NCBI RefSeq assembly: GCF_002163755.1
Contig: NZ_CP015864.1
Location: forward strand, 1-64,000
Direction: 5' to 3'
Source of the DNA: Vibrio campbellii CAIM 519 = NBRC 15631 = ATCC 25920
GTDB lineage: Bacteria > Pseudomonadota > Gammaproteobacteria > Enterobacterales > Vibrionaceae
Length of the DNA stretch: 64,000 nucleotides
Shown here: one piece after another, positions 20,509-30,900 of the stretch
Layout: each line of letters opens with the position of its first letter
Position numbering within the stretch: the stretch's first letter is position 1
Notes under the pieces: model-generated
Databases searched by the model: none
What the model was told of the DNA's origin: nothing
Seen by the model: only the letters and a program-made list of their open reading frames with translations
Program-made: the position numbers and the translations under genes

Positions 20509-21651
20509 ATGAGTAACTTTAACTTATTTAAAAGCTTGTTGGGTACAGCAGATATTCAGCTCAATGGTAATAGAGCTTGGGATATAAGAGTAAATGACAC
20601 AGATATGTTTAACCGAATTTTGTCGGACGGCTCTCTTGGTTTTGGAGAAAGCTATGTCGATGGTCAGTGGGATTGTGAAGATCTTTCGTTGATGTTCAGC
20701 AAGCTAATTGCTGCAGATCTTGAATCTAAGATTTCATTGTCCAAGAAAATAAAGTTTGGAACTGAGCTTAGTAAAAAGAAAGTGAAAGAACTTTTTAATC
20801 CCCAGAGCATAGTGCGTGCGAAAGAAGATGTTAGTGCTCATTACGATTTAGGAAATGACCTCTATGAGGCGATGTTAGACCCGAGTATGGCATACACATG
20901 CGGGTATTGGAAAAATGCAGCGACTTTATCAGAAGCTCAAGAAGCTAAATTAGACCTTATTTGTAGAAAAATAGGACTTAAGAAAGGGATGCGTATACTA
21001 GATATTGGATGCGGTTGGGGGAGCTTCATGTCTTTTGCCTCAGAACGTTACGGCGCGATCTGCGATGGTTTAACTTTATCGAAAGAGCAGGCAACAATGG
21101 GGCAAAAAAAGGCCGATTTAGCAAAATTGCCCATTAGATTTTTACTTAAAGACTACCGTGAATATAAGCCTGAAGTTAAATATGATGCTGTTGTTTCAAT
21201 TGGTATGATTGAGCATGTTGGTCCGAAAAACTATTCAGATTACTTTCAATGTGTTGACAGATTTATGAGTGATGAAGGAATATTCTTGCTACATGGAATA
21301 GGCTCAAATGTTTCGAAATCAGATTGCGAAAAATGGATAAACAAATATATATTTCCCAATGGTGTGATTCCTTCTTTGAGTCAACTTTCTTCGGCAATGG
21401 AACCAAACTTTACTATTGAAGATCTCCATAATTTTGGTCCTGACTATGATAAAACTTTATGTGCCTGGTATGAAAACTTCGAGCATACTTGGCCATCCCT
21501 TGAAGAAAAATACGGCTCTCGATTCTTCCGGTTGTGGAGATACTATTTGTTATCGTGTGCTGGTGCCTTCAGAGCTCGAGATTTAAATTTATGGCAAATA
21601 GCTATTACTAAAGTAGGGCGGTCACAGCCACTTACTGTAAGGGCTATTTGA
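20509..21651 (+). CDS. Cyclopropane-fatty-acyl-phospholipid synthase-family SAM-dependent methyltransferase
   Basis: HYDLGNDLYEAMLDPSMAYTCGYW and ILDIGCGWGSF motifs (CFA synthase / mycolic acid MT fold). Good RBS AAGAGGTG before Met11 of the track ORF. Low GC. Confidence 0.75.
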   Translation: MSNFNLFKSLLGTADIQLNGNRAWDIRVNDTDMFNRILSDGSLGFGESYVDGQWDCEDLSLMFSKLIAADLESKISLSKKIKFGTELSKKKVKELFNPQSIVRAKEDVSAHYDLGNDLYEAMLDPSMAYTCGYWKNAATLSEAQEAKLDLICRKIGLKKGMRILDIGCGWGSFMSFASERYGAICDGLTLSKEQATMGQKKADLAKLPIRFLLKDYREYKPEVKYDAVVSIGMIEHVGPKNYSDYFQCVDRFMSDEGIFLLHGIGSNVSKSDCEKWINKYIFPNGVIPSLSQLSSAMEPNFTIEDLHNFGPDYDKTLCAWYENFEHTWPSLEEKYGSRFFRLWRYYLLSCAGAFRARDLNLWQIAITKVGRSQPLTVRAI

Positions 21652-21723
21652 CCTTTTCTGAGCCTAGTATTCACTCGCCGATTGTTGATACTTAGAGGTT
21701 TACTAATACGGGTGTCAAGAATT

Positions 21724-21770
21724 TCCCCCGAATCGGTTTCATGCCTCGGGGGAGTTTATTTATTATTTTT
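21724..21770 (+). terminator. Rho-independent terminator after the cfa-like gene
   Basis: TCCCCCGA-(14-nt loop)-TCGGGGGA followed by a T-rich tract. Confidence 0.6.
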
Positions 21771-22245
21771 AGAGGCCGATAGTTATAAGTTATAAATTTT
21801 TCGCTTTCACTGAAATTGTTTCCGAATTAGTCCTTATTTAAATCACTTACACATCAAAATTTTTGGAATTCCTAAACGACCTAAATTAGAAATACTACGA
21901 AAGAAGCGAGAAATTAGATGAGAATTAGCATTTTGTGATTAAAGTATTGTAAATTGGTCTTACCAAATCTTTCATCGGTAAATGATCACTGCAGGAAAGT
22001 CTTATCCTCCTATCTTTAATTACCTTTCAATGGGCTAATCTTGGAAATGTTTATTTTACTGTGAGTAATGAGACTGTTTTTAATGCTCTATTATTTTTAT
22101 GCTATTGATTTATAGGTTTTATAGTTGCACTGAAGAAATTAATAGAACGGCTTTTTAATGTAATTTTAAGCCTTATGTGTTTAAGGGCATAAAACCTGCA
22201 TCGTTGGCCTTGGTTCACAAATAAAAGCCAATACAAGGAGGTTTT

Positions 22246-23031
22246 ATGTCCCCACGTATAATCGTTTCCATTTTTACTTGTACTTTAATTGCAGCGTGTA
22301 ACAGCGATACGACAGAAGATACAACTTTCGCTCTTGAATCCTCGTGTGATTTAGAGGCGGTTAACTTACTCGATTTCGAAGCTTGGCAGAGAGAAGAGGG
22401 CTGGTGGGTTGGTGAATATACATTTTTAGGGAGTGATGGTAATCCAAACGTGTCTTCGAGATGGCCTTATCGATACGACCACTACAAAGGCTTTATCCAC
22501 CTCGAAGTGGTGGGTAACAGTATCAAGCAGCGTAACGTATTCCTCTACCCTCCCAAATTGGCACAAGATTGTTCCAGCGATACCGACGTGATTGGCCCCG
22601 GTATTTGTGGAACGAATGGTAATGAGAAAATCTTTAGTGCCGATCAAAGTGCATCGGACTGTAATGGGGGCTTGGCGGGTTCCTACGAAGCTTATGGAAT
22701 GATGGTTGACACCTCAACCACTTTAATGGGTGAGGACAGTGTTCTTTATCAAGTTTATTTGCCTGACGGGAGTATCATGCAAAACCAGTTAACGACCCTC
22801 CCACCAAACGATACGAGAGTGCGCACAGCTCAAGGCTTTTTTATGGACCAGCCAACTTATGCAAGTTTCTACCGAGAAAAGAAAGTCACCAAAGAAGAAT
22901 TTATGCAGCAGTTGGCAGATGCGCGTGCCGAATACGCCATTCTTGAGGAAGACTTTTGTGGCTATGATTCGGGCGGTCAGCCTAGCCAAGTGACTTGTAC
23001 CGAGCATTTTGGCGTAGATATTACAAAGTAG
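22246..23031 (+). CDS. Hypothetical lipoprotein
   Basis: Signal peptide with lipobox LIAAC. Cys-rich 261-aa protein. No family recognised. Confidence 0.5.
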   Translation: MSPRIIVSIFTCTLIAACNSDTTEDTTFALESSCDLEAVNLLDFEAWQREEGWWVGEYTFLGSDGNPNVSSRWPYRYDHYKGFIHLEVVGNSIKQRNVFLYPPKLAQDCSSDTDVIGPGICGTNGNEKIFSADQSASDCNGGLAGSYEAYGMMVDTSTTLMGEDSVLYQVYLPDGSIMQNQLTTLPPNDTRVRTAQGFFMDQPTYASFYREKKVTKEEFMQQLADARAEYAILEEDFCGYDSGGQPSQVTCTEHFGVDITK

Positions 23032-23175
23032 CTCTAACGAATAATGATCACGAGTGCCTAGGATCAGTCGTGTGATCCTAGGCTCCTGTTGATTTTAGAA
23101 GCCTGTGATTTGGGTAATATCCTTAAAATTGAACCACAATGTAAAGTGAAATCAGCATCGCGACAGGAGGAAAAC

Positions 23176-24078
23176 ATGCGATGGCGCAATAGTAAAAGAA
23201 GCTCAAACGTAGAAGACCGTCGAGGACAACCAGGGGTAAGAAGCTCTGCTTCTACAGGCTTGCTCGTTGCGCAATTGTTCCGTTTTCTGCCTTTCCTTTT
23301 AAAAAGCAAGGTAGGGCGAGTGGTGTTACTTGGTGGCGTTCTGTTCTTTGGGTATCAAGCTCTTATGGGAGATGGTGACCTGATGGGACAAATTGCAGGC
23401 ACGCCAGCAGTGACGCAACAGCCAAACAACTCAGCAGATAGCCAAGCGTTAACGGATGAGAATGCCCAATTTGTTGCGGCCATACTAGGGACGACCGAAA
23501 CGGTTTGGAGTGAACTGCTGCCTAATGGTTATTCGGAGCCTACTTTAGTGTTGTACAGTGGTTCTACAATGACAGGGTGCGGCGTGGGTAAGGCGGTGAC
23601 AGGGCCGTTTTATTGCCCAGCAGATCGGAAAATATATCTAGATTTGAGCTTTATGGATGAGCTTAAAAGACTCGGAGCACCGGGAGACTTTGCCTTCGCT
23701 TACGTAATTGCTCATGAAGTTGGCCACCACGTACAAACACTGCTTGGCACCAACAATCAAGTTCGCCAATTGCAACAGCAATCCTCTAGAGTTGAAGCGA
23801 ATGAATTGAGTGTCAAACTTGAACTGCAAGCTGACTGCTACGCTGGCGTATGGGGATTCTACGTCAATAATGAGATGAAACTGCTTGAGTCTGGAGATAT
23901 GGAAGAGGGGATTGCTGCGGCAAGTGCTGTGGGCGATGACCGATTACAATCTATGGCAGGGCAAAGTGTACAGCCCGATAGTTTTACTCATGGATCTTCA
24001 GAGCAGCGGGTCGAGTGGTTTCAAAAAGGCTTTCAATCGGGTGATCCAAACCAATGCCAAACATTCGAAACTAACTGA
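23176..24078 (+). CDS. ypfJ: YpfJ-family putative neutral zinc metallopeptidase
   Basis: Starts MRWRNSKRSSNVEDRR as in YpfJ. TM segment. HEVGHH zinc-binding motif. Confidence 0.75.
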   Translation: MRWRNSKRSSNVEDRRGQPGVRSSASTGLLVAQLFRFLPFLLKSKVGRVVLLGGVLFFGYQALMGDGDLMGQIAGTPAVTQQPNNSADSQALTDENAQFVAAILGTTETVWSELLPNGYSEPTLVLYSGSTMTGCGVGKAVTGPFYCPADRKIYLDLSFMDELKRLGAPGDFAFAYVIAHEVGHHVQTLLGTNNQVRQLQQQSSRVEANELSVKLELQADCYAGVWGFYVNNEMKLLESGDMEEGIAAASAVGDDRLQSMAGQSVQPDSFTHGSSEQRVEWFQKGFQSGDPNQCQTFETN

Positions 24079-24203
24079 GCAATGATGAGAGAGAATTATA
24101 CAGTTTGAAGGTCAAGCAACCGTGATCTTGGTTTTGCTGTTTACAAAGAGTGAAACCAGACGGGAGCTTGACCTTACTTATCGAGTTTTGTTGCGAACTT
24201 GCT

Positions 24204-24725
24204 TTACCACATCAAATCGTCTGGCACGACGAAATCTGCGTATGGGTCATCTTCTGCTGGGATATCTGACTCAGGCTCTTTCTGTTCAATGATCACAGAC
24301 TCGTCACGCTGAGCAATCTTGTTTGCAACAGGGCGAGGAATAACTACATAGCTCTCACCGACGATGGCAATCGCCAAGATACCTTTGATCAATTGATCAC
24401 GGATGATTGAATCGACGTAAAGCGACTTCACAAGTGTACCGTGTGTGAAGTTGTATTTGATGTCGCCATCTTTCAAATCAACCTTGTTCATTTCAATCAG
24501 CTGGTTGATTTGCGCTTTGATTTCTTTGTTCAAGCGTTCTGCATTTTGTTGCTCGCTCAATTGCTTGTCACGCTCTAACTGCTGACGTTTGTTCTCTTCA
24601 ACCGCCGCCTTTACTTCGCGAGCTTGAACGCGTGATTTTTTAGAGCCTTTTTTCGCTTTTTTCAGTTTTTTCTCGTTAACCAAGCCTGCTTTTAGCATCT
24701 GCTCTTGAAGGGTAAGTTTTGCCAT
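24204..24725 (-). CDS. yaiL: DUF2058-family protein (YaiL-like)
   Basis: MAKLTLQEQMLKAGLV ... SRVQAREVKAAVEENKRQQLERDKQLSEQQ closely parallels E. coli YaiL. Confidence 0.7.
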   Translation of the reverse strand: MAKLTLQEQMLKAGLVNEKKLKKAKKGSKKSRVQAREVKAAVEENKRQQLERDKQLSEQQNAERLNKEIKAQINQLIEMNKVDLKDGDIKYNFTHGTLVKSLYVDSIIRDQLIKGILAIAIVGESYVVIPRPVANKIAQRDESVIIEQKEPESDIPAEDDPYADFVVPDDLMW

Positions 24726-25128
24726 GTTCTATCCAGTTAGTGCGCAATTTTGTGCATTTTAACCAGTCATTCGTCGCAAAGAAAGGGGCTGGTGCCTTTC
24801 TCATCTACATTGGATTGCTTGAAACAAGGGGAGCAATAGCATTGAGAAGTGGTTCAAATAAAGAACTTTATGCGATAAAAACCGGTAATATTAAATGGGA
24901 TCGCGTGTTGAATATATCTATTCATACCTAGAGTTCTTATCTCTAATGTTTGTTTTATAATTTAAATATTAATTTATTGTGACGCTGTTAATATTAGTAA
25001 CTATTAAATAACGTACATTTTATTTGGTTGGTTTTAAATTTGTCGATATCAGTCACAAAAGAAAAGGTAAGGAAATAAACTTAATTAATGATCCTTTACC
25101 ATAATGGGATGACTCTCATCATTTAATA

Positions 25129-25740
25129 TTGTTGCTAGTAATGACCGATATATTGCTGTCTTTCCCGACGAATGTTTTCTTTGCGCCTTTTGTTTTTCTT
25201 CTTCTTATTATGTGCATTGATCTCATCTTCAACGTGGTAGATGTAGCCGTTGCAGATATAGAATTATTCGAATCAGGCAGCCTATTTAGCGGTGGGCTTT
25301 TATTACCACCTATTTTATCCAAAGTACCCTTGGCGGTGGGTTTGTGTGTTAGTTTCTTTTTCGCCACTATTCTATCGTTTTACTCATCATCTTCCCTAAA
25401 TCAACACCTTAGTTCTGTTTTTTTGACGGTTGCGGAACTTGTCTCTATTCCAGTTAACTTCTACCTATCCTTGTATATCAGCGCGAAGCTATTAAGGCCC
25501 TTAGCGCCACTTTTTGATAAGAGTAAAGCTTTTGCAAAGGTCGATTTTATTGGAATGAAAGCAAAAGTTCACAGCAGTGAGGTGAACAGTCAACGCGGTG
25601 AAATTATTGTTCATCATAATGGCAGCGAATTTTTACTGGATGCACGGATTTTGGAGTCTGATGCACCCATTGAATATGGGAACGATGTTGTGATCGTTTC
25701 TCTCAATAAACAAAAAAAATATTACATTATTAATCAGTAG
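25129..25740 (+). CDS. NfeD/YqiJ-like inner membrane protein with a C-terminal OB-fold
   Basis: Hydrophobic N-terminal two-thirds. C-terminal ~70 aa has an NfeD-like beta-rich segment (VDFIGMKAKVHSS ... GEIIVHHNGSEFLL ... VVIVS). Sits immediately upstream of a flotillin gene, as in yqiJK. The true start is uncertain. Confidence 0.5.
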   Translation: MLLVMTDILLSFPTNVFFAPFVFLLLIMCIDLIFNVVDVAVADIELFESGSLFSGGLLLPPILSKVPLAVGLCVSFFFATILSFYSSSSLNQHLSSVFLTVAELVSIPVNFYLSLYISAKLLRPLAPLFDKSKAFAKVDFIGMKAKVHSSEVNSQRGEIIVHHNGSEFLLDARILESDAPIEYGNDVVIVSLNKQKKYYIINQ

Positions 25741-25761
25741 CTAGAAAATTAAGGAGCAGCT

Positions 25762-27849
25762 ATGCAGATTTCTCCAAGTCTGATATTCCTTGGGATTGGT
25801 ATCGGGATTTTTTTGATTATTCTTATCTTTCTCACCACCCGATATAAAAAGGTTCGAGGTGAAGGCGACGCACTAATTGTCAATGGACTGCATGCCACGC
25901 GCGCTTCTCTAACTGGTACTTTTGTATGGCCAGTGATCAACAAATTTGAGTTTATGGATATTACTCGTAAGAAGATCTCTGTTGTTCGAAGTGGACGCAA
26001 AGATCAAGAAGGCGAAGAATACGAAGGCCTTCATTGCCGAGACAACATTCGTGCGGACCTTAAAGTTGATTTCTACATCGGTGTGAATCACGAAGAAGAA
26101 GATATTGTTCGTGTTGCTAAACTTTTTACTGCTCATGATGCTTCTAACCTAGAGCGCCTAAAAGAGCACTTCCAGCCTAAGTTCTCTGAAGCACTGAAAA
26201 CGGCAGTAAAACAGTTTGAATTTGAAGAGCTGTTAACGAATCGCCGCGCTTTCCGTGATGCCGTTGTTGAAGTCATCGGTAGCGAAATGGATGGCTTTAA
26301 GATCTACGACGTTGTTATCGATAAAGTTGACCAAACCGCGCTGGACGCCCATAGCCCGGGCAACATTCTTGACGTAGAAGGTATCCGTAAGATCTCTGCC
26401 ATTACAGCGCAAAAGAATACGGAAACCAACGCGATTCGTCAGGATGAACGCACAACGATCAAGAAGAAAAATGTTGAAGCTGAAGCAAACCGCTTACAGC
26501 TTGATAAGCAAGAAAAAGAGAGTATTGCCCGCACTCAGCGTGAAATCGATATTATCAAAGCGCAAGAAGAAGCGTTGGCCGCTGAAAAACGTGAAGAATA
26601 TGAGCGAATCACCAAGCTAGCGGAGCTGGAAACTGAAGAAGAAGTGGCCAAGAAGCGCGAAAGCGTCGAGATGGAAGTCGAGATGACGCGTATCGCAAAC
26701 CAACGCCAAGTGGCAATTCAACAAGAAGAATTGAACCGTTCAGTAGAGACTGAGCGAGTTCGTACTTCTACGGAGGTTGCTGAGCGAGAAATGCAGAAAG
26801 AGACGACGGTAGAAGAAGCGATGAAGTCTGTCGCGGAAACTCGTTCTCAGCGTGTAGAAATCGAACGTAAGATTGCTCGCGAAGAAGAAGAGACGGAAAA
26901 CCTACGCGTTAATGAGCGAGTTAACCGTGAAAAACGCATCAAACTGACGGAAGCAGAAGCGGTTGCTGAATCTGCACAGATTGAACTGCTGGTTGCCGCT
27001 CGTGCAGAGAAAGATGCCGCTCGCGAACGTTCTGAACGTATTTTGATTGAGAACGAAGCTGAGCTGAAAGTGAAAACGCGTGATGCGGAAAACGAGCTAG
27101 CGGTGAAGACACGTCAAGCCGAAGCGGAACAAGTAGTGACGACCAAGCGTGCAGAAGCTGAGTTTGTGGCGAAAGACCGTGAAGCTGCAGCAAAAGAGCG
27201 TATGGCACAGGCAGAAAAAGAGCTGATCAGTGCTACGGGTCTTGCTGAAGTGGAAGTTGAGCGCGAGCGTGCACTTGCGATCAAAGAGACGGGTGAAGCA
27301 GAAGCTTACACCTTACAAAGTGCCGGTGAAGCGGAAGCGCAAGCTCTACGTGCTAAAGGCCTGGCAGAAGCAGAAGCTCAGACAGCTCGCTTTGAGGCGG
27401 CTCAGCAATACGATGATCACACCCGTGAACACGACAAGTGGGTAATGCAGTTGCAACAAGAGAAAGACCTTGAATTGGCGCGCATTGATGCTCAGAAAAC
27501 CGTGGTTGGGGCGAACGCTCAAGCCTTGGGTGAGGCGCTATCGAAAGCCGATATCCGTTTGTTTGGTGGTGAAGGAATGGAGCAAATCCGTCGCACTATC
27601 ATGGATGCCGCTGTCGTCGATGCGAAGTTTAATGAATCAGAGGTTCTTAACCCACTGGTCTCAGATTATGTGAATGGCAACCGTAGCCTGCCGCAAGACA
27701 TCAAAGACGTTTTAGAGAGTACAGAACTGAAAAGCAGTGACTTGAGTAATGTCGCGCTCGCGAGTTTACTGAATTCACAAGGTGGCGCTGCGGAGCTAAT
27801 GAAGAAAATACAAAGCTCCCTAGATACGACAACCAGCGATAAATCATAA
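25762..27849 (+). CDS. SPFH/band-7 flotillin-family protein (YqiK-like) with a long E/A/R/K-rich coiled-coil
   Basis: N-terminal TM helix followed by an SPFH domain (GTFVWPVINKFEFMDITRKKISV ...). 695 aa. Extended charged coiled-coil and EA-repeat region. Confidence 0.8.
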   Translation: MQISPSLIFLGIGIGIFLIILIFLTTRYKKVRGEGDALIVNGLHATRASLTGTFVWPVINKFEFMDITRKKISVVRSGRKDQEGEEYEGLHCRDNIRADLKVDFYIGVNHEEEDIVRVAKLFTAHDASNLERLKEHFQPKFSEALKTAVKQFEFEELLTNRRAFRDAVVEVIGSEMDGFKIYDVVIDKVDQTALDAHSPGNILDVEGIRKISAITAQKNTETNAIRQDERTTIKKKNVEAEANRLQLDKQEKESIARTQREIDIIKAQEEALAAEKREEYERITKLAELETEEEVAKKRESVEMEVEMTRIANQRQVAIQQEELNRSVETERVRTSTEVAEREMQKETTVEEAMKSVAETRSQRVEIERKIAREEEETENLRVNERVNREKRIKLTEAEAVAESAQIELLVAARAEKDAARERSERILIENEAELKVKTRDAENELAVKTRQAEAEQVVTTKRAEAEFVAKDREAAAKERMAQAEKELISATGLAEVEVERERALAIKETGEAEAYTLQSAGEAEAQALRAKGLAEAEAQTARFEAAQQYDDHTREHDKWVMQLQQEKDLELARIDAQKTVVGANAQALGEALSKADIRLFGGEGMEQIRRTIMDAAVVDAKFNESEVLNPLVSDYVNGNRSLPQDIKDVLESTELKSSDLSNVALASLLNSQGGAAELMKKIQSSLDTTTSDKS

Positions 27850-27866
27850 TTTTCACTCTCTCTAAA

Positions 27867-27894
27867 AAATCCCGCTTCTTCGTAAGCGGGATTT
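27867..27894 (+). terminator. Perfect 11-bp stem-loop between the flotillin gene and the giant ORF (putative attenuator or weak terminator)
   Basis: AAATCCCGCTT-cttcgt-AAGCGGGATTT. A-run upstream. Only a partial U-tract downstream (TTTATAGGTATT). Confidence 0.4.
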
Positions 27895-27906
27895 ATAGGT
27901 ATTAGC

Positions 27907-30900
27907 ATGTCAGATATGACTCAAAAAGCGGTGAGTGATGCTGGTGCATACGATGTTTTAAAGACGCGTTTGTTGCAGCAAGGCAGCCAGCTAAAGTCTC
28001 TCTCCCAATCCTTCAATCAGCAACGCCAAGAAACGTTTGGCGGCCAAGATTTTAAATTGATCGGCAAGGTCAATGTTCAAACCGATGCTAAGTGCATTCC
28101 AATCGATATGGCTCAGGTAAACCAGCATTTATTGTTCGGTTATCATGTGCAAGTTGGGATGAAAGCGACGCCTTCATTAGACGATGTGTTTGGGCTTTAT
28201 CACCTCCATGAAAATGAAGGGACATTTCGTGTTGAGCCGCTTCCACTTGAATCCAGTTTTTTATCCGATTCCCGTTTTACCCATGAATTGACGGAACTGT
28301 TTACTTACTACCGAGACGCAAAGCTTTCTCAAATCTCTCGTCAAGAAAGCACGCTTTATATCGCCTTCCAAATTGGCATGCGTCCAGAAGACAGAAAAGT
28401 TTTCCGTTTTCAGATCAACGCTCATTCTATCGAGTACATTGATTCCCTGGGTCAGAACGCCTTAACCAGTGTTCCTCAACATGATTTTGATTGGATCCCA
28501 ACAACGCGAGATGACCACGTGCTTGGCGATCATCCGCACGTGTCTATTCAAGATAAGTTGTTTGTTGAATGTGTTGGCGGGGACTTAACCATCAAGGTCG
28601 AAGACAATACCAAAGATGGTAAAGGTATCTATAGAGAAGACGTTGAAGACCCACACCAAAGCGTGGCTGACGCACACATCGATTACGCGTTTGTCGGAGA
28701 CTTAATTGCGCTACGAGTAAAGCCAAACCGAGAAAAGCACGCTCGATACTTCCTCTACAATTCAGTGACTCAGTCCGTCGTAAGGGCTGATGCATTAGGG
28801 GGAAGCGCAAAAACGCTACCTGAAGATCATGGCGTGCTGTACGCCAATGGCTACGTTCTATCTAATGGTGAAGACAAACAGTTCGCCTTTGACGCTGACC
28901 AGCTCAAGTTTTTCCAGCAGATCACGTCACCGAATGGTGAAGACATTCTTTATATCTTTTTCAACGCCGTTGAAGGTTATTACATCGCGTACACCTACAA
29001 CTTGATTGAGAAGAAATTTGAAGCACCAATGGAGAGCCACGGTTACAGCTTATACCCAGATGGCCGCTGGTTAGTGTTTCAATTGTCTGAGAATGAAGAG
29101 GCGTCGACCATCCACCCGATGAGGATTTGGGATACGCCATTTTCTACCCCAGAGCACTATGCGAAAGTCAACGCGCAAACCCAAGGCAGCAGTCCACTGT
29201 TCAATCTTGGTAATACTGAGTTGGTTCGAGCGCTGTCTTCTGTTCTTTCGATTTGCCAATTAGCGCAGAGTGAAGAAGTAACTCAAGCTGCCTATGAAGT
29301 ACTTATCAAGCAGTGTCGCTCGACCCTCGATCACTACACTTGGCTCAATCATGATTACGCTTGTGGAATAGGCAGTGCGATCAATGATCTCATGGGGACT
29401 ACCGATAAGATCATCGATGAGTTTGCCAAAGTTCAGCAGTTACAAAAACATGCTTCCAGCAGCCTTGATGAGCAAAAATCGGCAGTTTCCGAGCTCATTG
29501 GCAAAATCAAACTGGCCCCAAAAGAGCAAGCGAACACATTACTGAGTTTGCTTAGTGAAGTAAAAGGGCAAGTCGGTGTGACTATGTCGCTCCGTCAGCA
29601 ACATTACATTGATGAAGTTCAAGTTGACCGTTTGCTTGAAGAATTACAGGCACAGCGCGAGTCACTTAATCTGCATTTGCTCACCCTTCTTCAAGACGAA
29701 AAAGCGTACGTCCCTTTCAAGAAGCAAATTCAAAAAATTGAATTACAGCTCGAAGAAGTAACTAAAACGGCGGAGATTCAGAAGCTTAATGAAGAAGTGG
29801 AAACGCTTCGTCATGAGCTCCAGATAGTGACGGAAGAAGTCACGGACATCGAAACCGAAGACCCGACACAAGCAACTCGAATCTTAGACCTTACCACAGA
29901 AGTAACGTCGCTACTTAACACTGTTTCAGCCAAGCTAAGAGCAAAATCTCAAAGCTTACAAAGTGAAGAAGCTCAAGCGGAATTCAGTGCTCAATTTAAG
30001 CTGCTCAGCCAGTCTGTGAGCAGTGCAATGGAGCAAGCGTTAACGCCAGATGATTGTGATACCCAGCTTGCTAAGCTCGTTGGGCAACTGGATAAGTTAG
30101 AGTCGCGCTTCGCGGATTTCGACCAGTTTTTAAGCGAGATTTATTCAAAGCGTGATGAGATCCAATCAACGTTGGATAACCACAAGCAGCAGCTCATTGC
30201 AGGTCAACAACGTCGAGTACAAAACTTACTTCAAGCTGCCAACGTCACCATGAGCAGCATAGAAAAACGCGTTGAGCGATTCGATGATGTTGCAGGGCTG
30301 AACAGCTACTTTGCCACCGACGCAATGGTTCTCAAGCTACAACAGTTGTCTCAGACTATTCGTGAGCTTGGCGACAGTGTCAAAGCAGACAGCGTTGACT
30401 CAAAATTGAAGTCGCTTCAAGACCAATCGCTACGTGCATTACGAGATAACCAAGACATCTTCGAGAAAGGTGGAACGGTTCTGCGCTTGGGCAAGCATAG
30501 ATTTAGCGTCAACCAGCAACCACTTGACCTCAGCTTGGTCGATCAAAGTGGTGAGTTGGCGCTACACATCTCCGGTACGGATTTTTACCAAGCGGTAGAA
30601 GACAAAGCATTTCTCGATCTGCAAACCGTCTCTCGTTTAGACGTTGCCTCAGAGAGTGAGGAAGTCTATCGAGCGGAGTATCTGGCGTACTTAATCTTGC
30701 ATCAAGCGTCTATCAATCAAGATGGGCAGAGCCTAGATAAGCTTTATGATGCCTTGAGAGAAAATAAGTTGAACGAACTTGTTCAACGCTTTGCAGCACC
30801 ACGTTATCGAGAAGGGTATGTCAAAGGTATCCACGATCATGATGCGGTCAACATTTTACGTAAAGTGCTGCCTGTTTATCAGCAAGCGGGGTTATTGCGT

